The notes beneath the pieces were generated by a model that saw nothing but the letters and a program-made list of their open reading frames with translations, was not told where the DNA came from and made no database searches. Of a stretch of 64,000 bases of DNA, positions 53,920 to 63,443 are shown in pieces. The stretch comes from a virus. The translations under genes were made by a program, and so were the position numbers. Positions within the stretch are counted from its first letter, which is position 1; every line of letters starts with the position of its first letter. The stretch spans positions 639 to 64,638 of IMG/VR virus record IMGVR_UViG_3300033388_000874, one strand, 5' to 3'.

Positions 53920-54234
53920 GTGACACAGAGAAATAGCCCTTGGCCGCGCCCGGAGAATCCCGAACATCTTTTCGCGTCTGCTCTTTTGGCACATGGGCCG
54001 ATGCCTGACGGCGGTTGGTCTATAACTCGTACAGCCGGGGGTGAAGCGCACTACATCACGCCGAGGAGCAAGGAGGCGAAAAGGTTTGTGCGGGACGTTG
54101 TGGAGATGTTCTCAAAGGACGTGCAACGTAAGTACGCATACAATCATTGGTCGCCGCATCACTGTGAGATGGTAGGCCGATCTTGGAAAAACATGTTCCT
54201 GCTTTGGATATGGGAGAAGATCGATGACAAGTGA
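53920..54234 (+). CDS. hypothetical protein
   Basis: 104-aa ORF. Confidence 0.3.
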   Translation: MTQRNSPWPRPENPEHLFASALLAHGPMPDGGWSITRTAGGEAHYITPRSKEAKRFVRDVVEMFSKDVQRKYAYNHWSPHHCEMVGRSWKNMFLLWIWEKIDDK

Positions 54235-54442
54235 GCCGCTACGAGTACAACTAACAATAAGTGCGTGGGGCGAGACGACCACTGACGAAGATATCGCGGT
54301 GTATGGGTCAGCAGTAAAATTCATGGCTATCTGGTTGATGAAACAAGATGGCGCGATGGGCAAGGACACCGAAGCCCTACTTAACGAATTCAAACATAAC
54401 GTCTGCACTGCAATGAGAGTGGGCGTACAGGGGACAGGGTAA
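54224..54442 (+). CDS. hypothetical small protein
   Basis: 72-aa ORF, coupled to neighbours. Confidence 0.3.
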   Translation: MTSEPLRVQLTISAWGETTTDEDIAVYGSAVKFMAIWLMKQDGAMGKDTEALLNEFKHNVCTAMRVGVQGTG

Positions 54443-54996
54443 TGGCATGGCTAAACAGCTTACTGACCAACTTTGCGGAAGCGTTCAAGTGGTTTTACAT
54501 CTTACAGCCGTGGGAGCAGGCGTTGCGCGTGAGATGTGGGAAGCATATCCGATTACACGCAGGCGGTTTGCATTTCAAAGTGCCGTACATCGACTTCATA
54601 TTCAAACAAAATACGCGACTAAGAATTTCGGATGTACCTGCTCAAACTATTACAACTTTAGACGCTCGAACTATAACTCTGTCGGGAGCTTTGCAATATC
54701 GTGTTGCCGACATTACACCGCTTTTTACGAAGTTACACATGGCGGAAAGCACGATAGCTCAAGAGTGTCAAGCGATTTTAACGGAGTATATCGCTTGGAA
54801 CGACTTCAGCCAATGCAGTCCGAAAGACGTAATGCTAAACGTGCAAAGAGAACTCAATTTGGAGAGGTACGGCCTCGCTGATGTTCGCTTCATACTTAAA
54901 GATTTCGCGGTTGTGAAAACGTACCGCTTCATTACTGGAGACATGGATACCTATTTGGATCACAGTCTCCAAACAGACGAACCGGAGGAAATGTAA
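54442..54996 (+). CDS. SPFH/band-7 (stomatin/prohibitin-like) domain protein
   Basis: 184 aa; 'HAGGLHFKVPYIDFIFKQNTRLRISDVPAQTITTLDARTITLSGALQYRVADI' matches the SPFH core (PG.hf.iPfid.v....R......p.q..T.D...v.v...v.yrv.D). Confidence 0.5.
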   Translation: MAWLNSLLTNFAEAFKWFYILQPWEQALRVRCGKHIRLHAGGLHFKVPYIDFIFKQNTRLRISDVPAQTITTLDARTITLSGALQYRVADITPLFTKLHMAESTIAQECQAILTEYIAWNDFSQCSPKDVMLNVQRELNLERYGLADVRFILKDFAVVKTYRFITGDMDTYLDHSLQTDEPEEM

Positions 54997-55157
54997 TGCC
55001 TAGACCAAAAAGCGATAATGTTCGCGCTCACGTGATGATGACGCAAAGTCAGCATGCGCGTATGCAAACACTATCAGCAAAAAGCGGGTACTCAATCTCG
55101 GAGCTAATGCGCCGAGCCATCGACTTGTATCTTACGAAGACTAAGAAAGATGGCTAA
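54996..55157 (+). CDS. ribbon-helix-helix (Arc/MetJ/CopG-like) DNA-binding protein, 53 aa (below the ORF-track cutoff)
   Basis: TAATG overlap with the SPFH stop; 'VRAHVMMTQSQHARMQTLSAKSGYSISELMRRAIDLYL' = beta-strand + helix A + helix B of an RHH fold. Confidence 0.5.
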   Translation: MPRPKSDNVRAHVMMTQSQHARMQTLSAKSGYSISELMRRAIDLYLTKTKKDG

Positions 55158-55383
55158 GTATCGTGGCGTGTTGATGGTACCAACCGTAATCGAGTTCGAC
55201 TCAGAGGGTTCCATGCGGCATGTTACGGAGCGGGCGTTGCGCATTGCGCGGGGTATGGGTAAGTGTGAATCGTTCAAAGACGAAGAAATGATCTACGAAC
55301 CGAAGTTGATGGAGGTTTGTATCACAGGCGGCAAAACTGCTCCCGAGGAACTGAATGTCATCTACACACCAGAATTCGCATAA
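55150..55383 (+). CDS. hypothetical small protein
   Basis: 77 aa; ATG overlaps the RHH stop region; stop followed by a GC hairpin. Confidence 0.35.
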   Translation: MAKYRGVLMVPTVIEFDSEGSMRHVTERALRIARGMGKCESFKDEEMIYEPKLMEVCITGGKTAPEELNVIYTPEFA

Positions 55384-55657
55384 AAAAGCCCCCGCGAACG
55401 GGGGCAAGGGAGGCGTACAGACGACGGCCATGAAAAAAGGTGGAACCAGTAAGTCGAAGATAAACCCTCTAACGGGCGTTGTAAAGCCCGAAATCCTCAC
55501 GGTGCATATCAAACAGTGCTGCGATGGGATGGATCGTTCGCGCAGTTACGTGCGCGGTGCAGTACAATACTTGGAAAGGAAACCCCCAAATCCTTTCATA
55601 GTGCCTCTCCTTAAGAAAGCATTGCAGAGATTTAATGAGCAAAATCAACGAACATAA
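55355..55657 (+). CDS. small basic protein upstream of TerL (terminase small subunit candidate, start uncertain)
   Basis: 100-aa ORF, Lys/Gly-rich N-terminus; position immediately 5' of the terminase large subunit. Confidence 0.3.
   Translation: MSSTHQNSHKKAPANGGKGGVQTTAMKKGGTSKSKINPLTGVVKPEILTVHIKQCCDGMDRSRSYVRGAVQYLERKPPNPFIVPLLKKALQRFNEQNQRT
55382..55405 (-). terminator. GC hairpin with flanking A/T tract (terminator-like, orientation ambiguous)
   Basis: plus strand AAAAAA-GCCCCCG-cgaa-CGGGGGC; on the minus strand the 7-bp GC stem is followed by TTTTTTAT. Confidence 0.3.
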
Positions 55658-57050
55658 TTTAGATTTCATCACGCCACCGACCATCGGGCAGTTCATGCTT
55701 GATGATTCTTTCGTCAGGCTTATAATGGGGCCGGTAGGATCAGGGAAGTCGGCGGGCTGCTTTATGGAGCTACTACGGCGAGCGAGACTACAAGAACCTG
55801 ATCGCAAAGGTGTACGTCGTACGCGCATGGCGATCATCCGTAACACCCTTCAACAGTTGAGACAGACGTGCCTTGCCGACATAGAAATGTGGTTGAATCC
55901 GATAGCCCACTACCGAACAACGGACGCGACCATACAGGTAAGGTTTCCTTTACCAGATGGGACGACGGTCGAGAGCGACTGGATGTTGATTCCGCTCGAC
56001 ACAAAGGCGGATCAGCAGCGTCTACTTTCATTAAACCTGACCGGAGCGTGGGTGTCAGAGTTCAGGGAAATAGAACCCTCCCTGATCTCCGCCCTCTCGG
56101 GTCGTCTTGGCCGCTTTCCTTCAAAGGCGATTGCGGAGCCAACTTGGTTTGGGATCGTCGCAGAGACTAACCCGCCCGACGAAGATTCAGAGTGGTACAC
56201 GCTGCTGGAAATTGAGCGCCCGCCGAACTGGGCCTTCTTCAAACAGCCGGGTGGAACGTCAGATGAAGCGGAGAATGTTGACAATCTACCTGACGGCTAC
56301 TATGACAATCTACTTGCGAATAACAACTCCGACTGGGCAGACATCCACGTCCACGCGCAGTATGGCAAATCACTCGGGGGCCAAGCAGTATTTCGTGCCT
56401 CCTTCAAACCGGCCTTCCATATAGTCAAAGCTGACGAGTTAATAAAGATCGATCACATGCCCATAATGATCGGACAAGACTTTGGTAGAACGCCTGCGAG
56501 CCTAATTGGGCAGATCGACAACAGAGGACGACTGGTCATTTTTGACGAGTTAACTTCGGAGGATATGGGCATTGAACAATTCGCAACGATGCTACTGCGA
56601 CCGCTGCTCTATGAAAAGTACCAAGGCCAAAAGATTTTTATGGTGGGTGATCCGAAAGGCAGGGATAAAAGCCAAACCAACGAAGACTCACCGTTTGATG
56701 TTTTGAAGCGTCTTGGCTTCGACGTGTACCCAGCGCCGACGAATTACATTGACCCGCGCCTACGCGCAGTCGAGCAGCTACTACTACACCAAGTCGATGG
56801 TGGCCCCATGCTCATGCTGAGTGATGAATGCTCGGTGACTGCTACCGCGATGAAATACTGGTACCGCTACCGGAGAAAGCAGACAGGTGTTCTGGAAGAC
56901 AAGCCAGAAAAAACCCACCCTTGGTCTGACGTTGCAGATTGCCTTCAGTATATGGCGCTCTCGACGAACGCAAATTACCTCGGCAAAGTTATGCAGTCGA
57001 TGAACCCGCCACCTCGTAGACCAGTGCCACCTAAACGGGGATGGATTTAG
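55635..57050 (+). CDS. terminase large subunit
   Basis: 471 aa; Walker A 'LIMGPVGSGKSAG'; Walker B-like 'TGAWVSEFRE'; RNase-H-like nuclease motifs 'IMIGQDFGRT' and 'MVGDPKGRD'. Confidence 0.8.
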   Translation: MSKINEHNLDFITPPTIGQFMLDDSFVRLIMGPVGSGKSAGCFMELLRRARLQEPDRKGVRRTRMAIIRNTLQQLRQTCLADIEMWLNPIAHYRTTDATIQVRFPLPDGTTVESDWMLIPLDTKADQQRLLSLNLTGAWVSEFREIEPSLISALSGRLGRFPSKAIAEPTWFGIVAETNPPDEDSEWYTLLEIERPPNWAFFKQPGGTSDEAENVDNLPDGYYDNLLANNNSDWADIHVHAQYGKSLGGQAVFRASFKPAFHIVKADELIKIDHMPIMIGQDFGRTPASLIGQIDNRGRLVIFDELTSEDMGIEQFATMLLRPLLYEKYQGQKIFMVGDPKGRDKSQTNEDSPFDVLKRLGFDVYPAPTNYIDPRLRAVEQLLLHQVDGGPMLMLSDECSVTATAMKYWYRYRRKQTGVLEDKPEKTHPWSDVADCLQYMALSTNANYLGKVMQSMNPPPRRPVPPKRGWI

Positions 57051-57520
57051 TCTTGGTGTTCGATGACTGCGCCTTCGATCCGAGCATCATCACGTCCGGT
57101 ATTGATATGGATAGCGACGTTGAATCCGCTACCGGCTGCGATGCCTGCATGATCCTGCTTACCGGAACGCCCAGCGAGGGCACTGAGTTGTTTCACCGTA
57201 TCGAGGACAGATTGTGTGCTTGCGTCGGGCCGGGACATTATCTTGTGGAGGATAGGCAGGGACTCCTCAAGAAGTATTTCCGCCTTCTTGGTGATACGTT
57301 TACCCGCATTCGCGTCCCCTGTAAACGCGACGGTTGCCTCCTGCATCATTCCGACAAAAGTCGGGTTGATACGTAGACGTTCCCATTGCGATGGGGTAAT
57401 CTCGTATTTGCTACAAACACTTTCAGGGTCGCTTAATCCAGCCGCTAGTTCCATGCAGATGAGTGGAGATAGGTGGGCCAATTCCAGAATAGTGTCTTCA
57501 GGTACTATGTTAGTTGACAT
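57047..57520 (-). CDS. antisense-oriented hypothetical protein between terminase and portal (uncertain)
   Basis: 157-aa ORF with protein-like amphipathic composition, longer than the competing plus-strand ORF 57041..57376; no clear RBS. Confidence 0.3.
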   Translation of the reverse strand: MSTNIVPEDTILELAHLSPLICMELAAGLSDPESVCSKYEITPSQWERLRINPTFVGMMQEATVAFTGDANAGKRITKKAEILLEESLPILHKIMSRPDASTQSVLDTVKQLSALAGRSGKQDHAGIAAGSGFNVAIHINTGRDDARIEGAVIEHQD

Positions 57521-57573
57521 TTATTTGCTACCATTTGTTGACACAGGCGTAGGATAGCAGGAAAATCAGGCGT

Positions 57574-59751
57574 ATGGCTACAGGTTCTCAAGGAATACCC
57601 GGACAAAACGACTCCGACAACTATGGCGGTGGTGTTGACATGGGCGGCGGTCAGGGACTCATACGTGTAGTCTCCAACTCTGATCTCATGGAACAGGAGC
57701 GTATTCAGGCCGAGGCCGAAGCCAACGCAGCAGAGCAGGAACAGCGCGAAATCGAGAACTCACTCGCTGCCTACATCCGATCACGCATGACTGACATGCG
57801 CAACTTCCGAAACGCCGAAGGAATTTCCGAACGATTACTGGCCGCGCTGCGCACCTATAAGGGCGAGTACGACCAGACAACTCTCAACGCGATTAAGCAA
57901 TTCGGTGGCAGCGAAGTCTATGCCCGCGTTACATCGACCAAATGTCGAGCAGCCACCGCCCTATTACGAGACGTGTACCTTGGTGCAGACCGCCCTTGGG
58001 ACATCGAGCCAACCCCACACCCCACCGTCCCGACAGAGGTTGAGGGTGATATTCAAGAGCTAGTCAAGATCGAAGTTCAGACCATGATGCAGGCCGGTGC
58101 GCAGATCGACCAGCAGGCCATCACGGATCGCGTCAACCTTCTGCGCAAACAGGCTGAGAGAGCGTCGAAGAAAGTCGCTGTCGAGGAAGCCGACCGAGCA
58201 GGTGAACGACTTGATGACATGCTTACGGAAGGTGGGTTTTATGAAGCCTTCGCCGAATTTTTGATTGACCTCCCGATCTTCCCCTACGCCTGTGTCAAAG
58301 GCCCATCAGTTCGCAACAACGAGCAGACGAAATGGGTCGAGGGTCAGCCGGTGCGCCAATCAGTTCCCAAGATGTATTGGGATCGCGTATCACCATTCGA
58401 CATCTATTGGTCGCCCGGTGCCGCGCACGTCAAGCAGGCTGACTTCGTTGAGCGAATTCAACTGAGTCGTGCCGAACTGAGTCAGGTGAAAGACCTCCCC
58501 GGTTACAACACCGAAGCTGTCAACGAAGTTCTGGAAAGAGCGCGAATGGATGGCTTGCACGAATGGTGGGATACCATCGACACCGAACGTGCGGAGTTGG
58601 AAGACCGCGAGCGATGGGCAAGAACTGCCACGTCGTTGATCGACACCGCCGAGTTTACCGGATACATCTCAGGATACATGCTGAGAGAGTTCGGCATGAC
58701 CGAGCAAGAAGTTCCAGATGCAACTCAGGAATATCATGTCAAGGCATGGTTGATCGACCGCTGGGTCATCAAGGTTCAAATGAACCCTACGAATAGCAAC
58801 CGCCCCCCGTACTACATTTCGAGTTTCGAGCAGGTTCCGGGTGCGATGATTGGTCAGGGCTTGCCTGACTTACTTGAAGACGTACAGGGTGTCTGTAATG
58901 CAGCCGCTCGTGCGCTGGTCAACAATGCCAGTATCTCGTCTGGGCCGCAGGTAGTCATCAACGATGGCGTAATGCAGCCGACTGACGACGATGAACTCTA
59001 CCCGTGGAAGCGTTGGCATGTGAATTACGATCCTGCAATGGTGTCTTCTGGCACTGAGCCGGTTGCGTTCTACCAGCCGAATATCAATGGTGCCGAACTC
59101 ATGGGCATCTATAAAGAGTGGAACTCGATGGGTAACGAGATTTCCGCTATTCCGAGTTACATGACTGGCAACGAGAAAGTCGGCGGTGCTGGTCGTACTG
59201 CGTCGGGCTTGGCAATGCTCATGGGCAACGCAAGCAAGACGCTTCAGAATGTCGCTGCCGCGATTGACAGGGATGTCATTCAGCCGCTCCTGACGGAGCT
59301 ATTCGATATGGTAATGCTGACGCAGCCGGGCACTTTTAAGGGCGATGAACTGATCGTCGTCAAGGGAGTCAATCATGCGGTAAAACGTGAGCAGGATAGA
59401 ATGCGCCAGCTTGAGTTCTTACAACTCACAGCTAACCCAATGGATATGCAAATTATGGGGCCAGCCGGTCGTGCTAACATTCTTAGGAGTGTTGCCACGA
59501 ACCTTGGCTTGGAACACGAGAAGACTATTCCTGATGATGAGGAAATTCGAGCGCAAATTGCCGCCGCTGAGCAAGCTCAAGCAGCACAGGCACAAGCAGA
59601 AGCACAAGCAGCCGGGGGTGGGCAAACGGGCGATCCCCAGAACACTCCCCGTCCCAAAGAATCCCGTGCAGGCCCGGAGGCGGCACGTGAGGAAGTTGAA
59701 GGTGACTTTACGGGGCCGACTGGTCGGCCCGGAATGAGGGCAGGTGGATGA
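57574..59751 (+). CDS. portal (head-tail connector) protein
   Basis: 725 aa directly downstream of TerL; charged/Ala-Gln-rich C-terminal tail typical of portal C-termini; RBS AGGAAAA. Confidence 0.6.
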   Translation: MATGSQGIPGQNDSDNYGGGVDMGGGQGLIRVVSNSDLMEQERIQAEAEANAAEQEQREIENSLAAYIRSRMTDMRNFRNAEGISERLLAALRTYKGEYDQTTLNAIKQFGGSEVYARVTSTKCRAATALLRDVYLGADRPWDIEPTPHPTVPTEVEGDIQELVKIEVQTMMQAGAQIDQQAITDRVNLLRKQAERASKKVAVEEADRAGERLDDMLTEGGFYEAFAEFLIDLPIFPYACVKGPSVRNNEQTKWVEGQPVRQSVPKMYWDRVSPFDIYWSPGAAHVKQADFVERIQLSRAELSQVKDLPGYNTEAVNEVLERARMDGLHEWWDTIDTERAELEDRERWARTATSLIDTAEFTGYISGYMLREFGMTEQEVPDATQEYHVKAWLIDRWVIKVQMNPTNSNRPPYYISSFEQVPGAMIGQGLPDLLEDVQGVCNAAARALVNNASISSGPQVVINDGVMQPTDDDELYPWKRWHVNYDPAMVSSGTEPVAFYQPNINGAELMGIYKEWNSMGNEISAIPSYMTGNEKVGGAGRTASGLAMLMGNASKTLQNVAAAIDRDVIQPLLTELFDMVMLTQPGTFKGDELIVVKGVNHAVKREQDRMRQLEFLQLTANPMDMQIMGPAGRANILRSVATNLGLEHEKTIPDDEEIRAQIAAAEQAQAAQAQAEAQAAGGGQTGDPQNTPRPKESRAGPEAAREEVEGDFTGPTGRPGMRAGG

Positions 59752-60002
59752 GAATCAAACATAAGTATGGAGACTGCATGGCCGATGGCGGTGTAGTCCA
59801 CGGATCGCCGCTGAGTACACCGAAGCCCGGTGGCACTACACGCAAGCGTCCGAAGGTAGGAGACAAGAGTGGCGATACGCGGCTCCTGAACCCGAAGAAA
59901 CGAACGCCCAGCAAACCGGCATCCAAAAAGAAGAAGGCTTCCGGGTCTGCTTTTAGAGACTACCGTGGCACAAAGGGCGCTATTGAAGACGCTGGCGGTT
60001 AG
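59748..60002 (+). CDS. small basic protein with ADGGVV motif
   Basis: 84 aa, Lys/Arg/Pro-rich; 'MADGGVVHGSPL' related to motifs in 16909..17985 and 17985..19775. Confidence 0.35.
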   Translation: MRIKHKYGDCMADGGVVHGSPLSTPKPGGTTRKRPKVGDKSGDTRLLNPKKRTPSKPASKKKKASGSAFRDYRGTKGAIEDAGG

Positions 60003-60004
60003 TA

Positions 60005-61633
60005 ATGGCCGTCGCAACCTACGCCACTGATCTAGCACTCATTGACGCTGCCCAAGCTGTCGGCAGCTATTCGGCTACGGGTGGCGGCGCTGGTGGTCTA
60101 GCAGATGAGACTGACTACTTCATCAACAACACTCAGTGCGTCAGTAAGGCTGGCTTCACAGGTGTCCAGAAGGGCATCATTCACGATGATGTGAGCGCAC
60201 CATCTATCGCGGCTGGTGATGCTGTGTTTATATGGGCACGGCAGGCCAACAGAAACATCATGGACACGGTTGCCTTACAAGGTGGCGCGGTCATCATGGG
60301 AACGTCGAGCAGCGTGTTCGAGGGCTTCAGTGTAGACGGTAATGATGTAGAAGGCTCTGAGTTACTCTCTTGGGTAAACTACGCAGTAGACCCCACACAA
60401 ACACCTTCATACAGTTCGGGCAGCCCCGGCGCTCCGAGTACATGGGATCACTTTGGGTTTGAGTGGACTATCGGAAGCAGTGGCTCACTTAAAGGTAATC
60501 CTAACGGCGTAGGAGTCAGTCGCCACGGGCGAGAACTGCAAATTATCGATGGTCAAGCAGCAGCATATGGCACCTTCTTGGGCGCGGCTGGTGAGGACGC
60601 TACAGTCACAAACCGCTGGGGCATCCTGACTCCGGTAGCTGGCGGGTATCAGTTCCACGGCGCATTCGTCATGGGTACCGTGGCGACGGCGGTAGACTTC
60701 CGAGACTCAGACAGAAGCATCAGCGTTCTTGATGACCCTTTCCTACCGGCAGGATTTAACGAGTTCGAGATTCGCAATGCCTCGTCCAATGTCGAGTGGA
60801 CGAACATCATCATCAGTCACTTGGGTACGAATACTCCGTCTTTACTGACGTTGGATGTTGGAACCTTCGCAGGGGCACTCTGCCAGTTCAATGGATTTGA
60901 CACCACTACCTTTGCATCTACTGGCGAGTGTCTGAACAGTACTTGGACAGGCTGCGCAAGGATCAATTTGAATGAGGCTGACATATCGGGTTCATCCATA
61001 TTGACACCATCGGTAGCCGCTGACGAAGGGGCCGTCTTCGACGACCGCACAACAACAGCCGCTACCAATATTTCGGAACTGGACAACACCACCTTTAGTC
61101 AGGGCACTGCCGCGCATCACGCTATACGCTTCGGCGCTAACGTCGATGACAATATTGTTTTGACTGGCATCGCGTTCGATGGTTTCGCTGCTATTGAGGA
61201 TGATAACGGGTGCGCCCTTAGATTTGATGCGACGACAGGCTCATTAAATTGCAGCTTGGTCGGTTGTACGGTTGACGGAGTACCGGCCACAGCATTAAAT
61301 CTATTCAAGGATGATGCGGCTGGCGTAGCCGTTACTCTGGTGTTCGATGTCATTACATTAGAAGTAACTGTTTTGGATGCTACTGATGACACAGCCCTTA
61401 CAACAGCACATGTTCAACTACTGAAGGACTCCGACAAGAGCGTTTTGCTTAGTGGTGCAGTAAACGGCAGTGGTGTAATTTCAGACACAATAGCCTATGA
61501 TGCTGATACCGATGTTGTTGGTTGGGCGAGAGAACATAACATCAGTGGGACTGATTACACCCCGCAAGATATTTCAGGTCAATACACGATTAACGGATTT
61601 TCTATAACCATCAGGCTAATACCGGCTGAGTAA
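60005..61633 (+). CDS. virion structural protein (beta-helix-like, possible spike/decoration)
   Basis: 542 aa; repetitive '...NIVLTGIAFDGFAAIEDDNGCALRFDATTGSLNCSLVGCTVDG...' segments suggest parallel beta-helix. Confidence 0.4.
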   Translation: MAVATYATDLALIDAAQAVGSYSATGGGAGGLADETDYFINNTQCVSKAGFTGVQKGIIHDDVSAPSIAAGDAVFIWARQANRNIMDTVALQGGAVIMGTSSSVFEGFSVDGNDVEGSELLSWVNYAVDPTQTPSYSSGSPGAPSTWDHFGFEWTIGSSGSLKGNPNGVGVSRHGRELQIIDGQAAAYGTFLGAAGEDATVTNRWGILTPVAGGYQFHGAFVMGTVATAVDFRDSDRSISVLDDPFLPAGFNEFEIRNASSNVEWTNIIISHLGTNTPSLLTLDVGTFAGALCQFNGFDTTTFASTGECLNSTWTGCARINLNEADISGSSILTPSVAADEGAVFDDRTTTAATNISELDNTTFSQGTAAHHAIRFGANVDDNIVLTGIAFDGFAAIEDDNGCALRFDATTGSLNCSLVGCTVDGVPATALNLFKDDAAGVAVTLVFDVITLEVTVLDATDDTALTTAHVQLLKDSDKSVLLSGAVNGSGVISDTIAYDADTDVVGWAREHNISGTDYTPQDISGQYTINGFSITIRLIPAE

Positions 61634-61647
61634 ACGAGGATATAACC

Positions 61648-63363
61648 ATGGCTGTCTATGACAGAGATTACGCAACACCCGCAGATGCAGTAACCGCTTG
61701 GTTAGCGCAGTATGCAATCGCCGCAGACGGTAGTATTACGTTTGTCTCAGGCACGGACACCTTTCACGTTTGGTGGTTACATCGAGCCTTGCAGAAAAAG
61801 GTTTGGGATTTAGCGACTTCGGGTAATGACTTACTCAACCTCGCGAAGCCGAACCCTAGTACGTCAGAAGCTCTCGGTACAATTATTACGTTGCTGGATC
61901 ACACCACTGATTTCTCGGTGCGGTACAACATCACTGACACGGTGGCCGAGACTCACTTTGGTGGGTCGATTGAGCAGCAAAATGCTTCCTCTCAAACTGA
62001 ACGCTATTCTGGTTTGATCGTGCTTGGCTCCGCTGTAGCGGCCACTCAACTACAGATCATTCAGAACGCTGCGGTGTATACCTCATTCTGGGGTACTGGT
62101 TTGAACCAGACGGATAGCAATACCTTGCTCCGTGTCTTGGTTAAAACAATCGTAGCTGGTGTTGATGTTGACCAGCAGATCGTTGTCGTGAAGGCGAGTG
62201 AGTTTGAAGATACCTATGCCGTATGGGAAACCACGCTGGGCTTGGGTGAGAAGGTAGCAGCAATTTCGACGGCAGATGATCCGAACAACAACACGCCCAT
62301 TGCAACGGTACAGGCTTACACTGGTTTCGCAGGAGTCGGGGCGACGGTAGAGGGTTGGACTCTCGTCGATGTCGATGGCAACGGGGCCGATCCGTTTATT
62401 GGTGATTTGTCCTACGCAGGATTGACTGGCAACCAGACTAAGGACGCTTTGTATGAAGTTGTTAAGGCGTATCTTGTTCGGGGCACCACCGACACGCTCT
62501 GGGGGATTGACGGCGATCTATACACCGCAAGGCTTTTCCAGATGACTGTGACGCCGGGCACTGGTGGTCTACTTTATGTCCAGAACGAACTTGTAACGTG
62601 GGGTACTGGTGGCGAGGGCGTCCTGTTAGCTGTCGATGATGTGGACGAGAACAACACCACTCGCATTGTCATCCATCTGAACAAGGGTGTCGCACCAGTC
62701 GCATCCGACACAATCGTAGGTGCGACGAATTCAGCAGATAACGTAGTTGTTTCGACTGAGAAGCTGGCGACTGCTGCGAACTATATCGGTGTGTATACCG
62801 GCACCAACTGGATCGCACCGAAAGGTACTGGTTTCCTTTCTACTGAATTGATCTTCGGTGATTCGGTTACGGCTCTTGATGGTCAAACACCGGGCGTACC
62901 GCAGAATGTTACGCTCAGTCTTACCGTCAACTGCGACGCATCCGATGATCCATATTGCTTCCTCGCGGAGAAAGATGGTGCGCTTAATGCTCCAGATTAC
63001 AACACCTACAATGGTACAGCGCAGGGTGTGAGTGTCAGTACGATTATCGTCGATGCTGCAATTCAAGCCGATGAGCCGCAGACTGGTTACGTTGGTGTGC
63101 TGCATACAGGACGGACGTATTACACGTTCTACGAGTATTCATCTTGGACAGGTTCGACGTTCACCCTTGTAGGTACGACTGATGCCATTGCGATTACCGC
63201 TGGTGACAATATGTTTATCGCCTACTTCTACGAGGCGCTGGTGGGTACAGGTGCAGTCCAAACACTGTCACGGAGCTTCGTGTTTGATGCAGGTACGAGG
63301 AACTTTGTTGGTTGGGTGAGGCATGGTGATCCGACGATACCGGATAAGCCAGTTGCCGGATAA
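61648..63363 (+). CDS. virion structural protein
   Basis: 571-aa ORF, Gly/Thr/Val-rich beta composition, in the late operon. Confidence 0.4.
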   Translation: MAVYDRDYATPADAVTAWLAQYAIAADGSITFVSGTDTFHVWWLHRALQKKVWDLATSGNDLLNLAKPNPSTSEALGTIITLLDHTTDFSVRYNITDTVAETHFGGSIEQQNASSQTERYSGLIVLGSAVAATQLQIIQNAAVYTSFWGTGLNQTDSNTLLRVLVKTIVAGVDVDQQIVVVKASEFEDTYAVWETTLGLGEKVAAISTADDPNNNTPIATVQAYTGFAGVGATVEGWTLVDVDGNGADPFIGDLSYAGLTGNQTKDALYEVVKAYLVRGTTDTLWGIDGDLYTARLFQMTVTPGTGGLLYVQNELVTWGTGGEGVLLAVDDVDENNTTRIVIHLNKGVAPVASDTIVGATNSADNVVVSTEKLATAANYIGVYTGTNWIAPKGTGFLSTELIFGDSVTALDGQTPGVPQNVTLSLTVNCDASDDPYCFLAEKDGALNAPDYNTYNGTAQGVSVSTIIVDAAIQADEPQTGYVGVLHTGRTYYTFYEYSSWTGSTFTLVGTTDAIAITAGDNMFIAYFYEALVGTGAVQTLSRSFVFDAGTRNFVGWVRHGDPTIPDKPVAG

Positions 63364-63443
63364 GCCAGTTGCCATTGCCTTCAACGCAGTAGGCTCTAAC
63401 TCTCAGTCCTTGACAGTGCAGCTTGACAATGAGAGCTAGGATA

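Noticed and set aside
57041-57376. Plus-strand 111-aa ORF after TerL
   Set aside because: Its composition is Cys-rich and irregular. It is shorter than the competing antisense ORF. It is kept only as an alternative, noted under findings.
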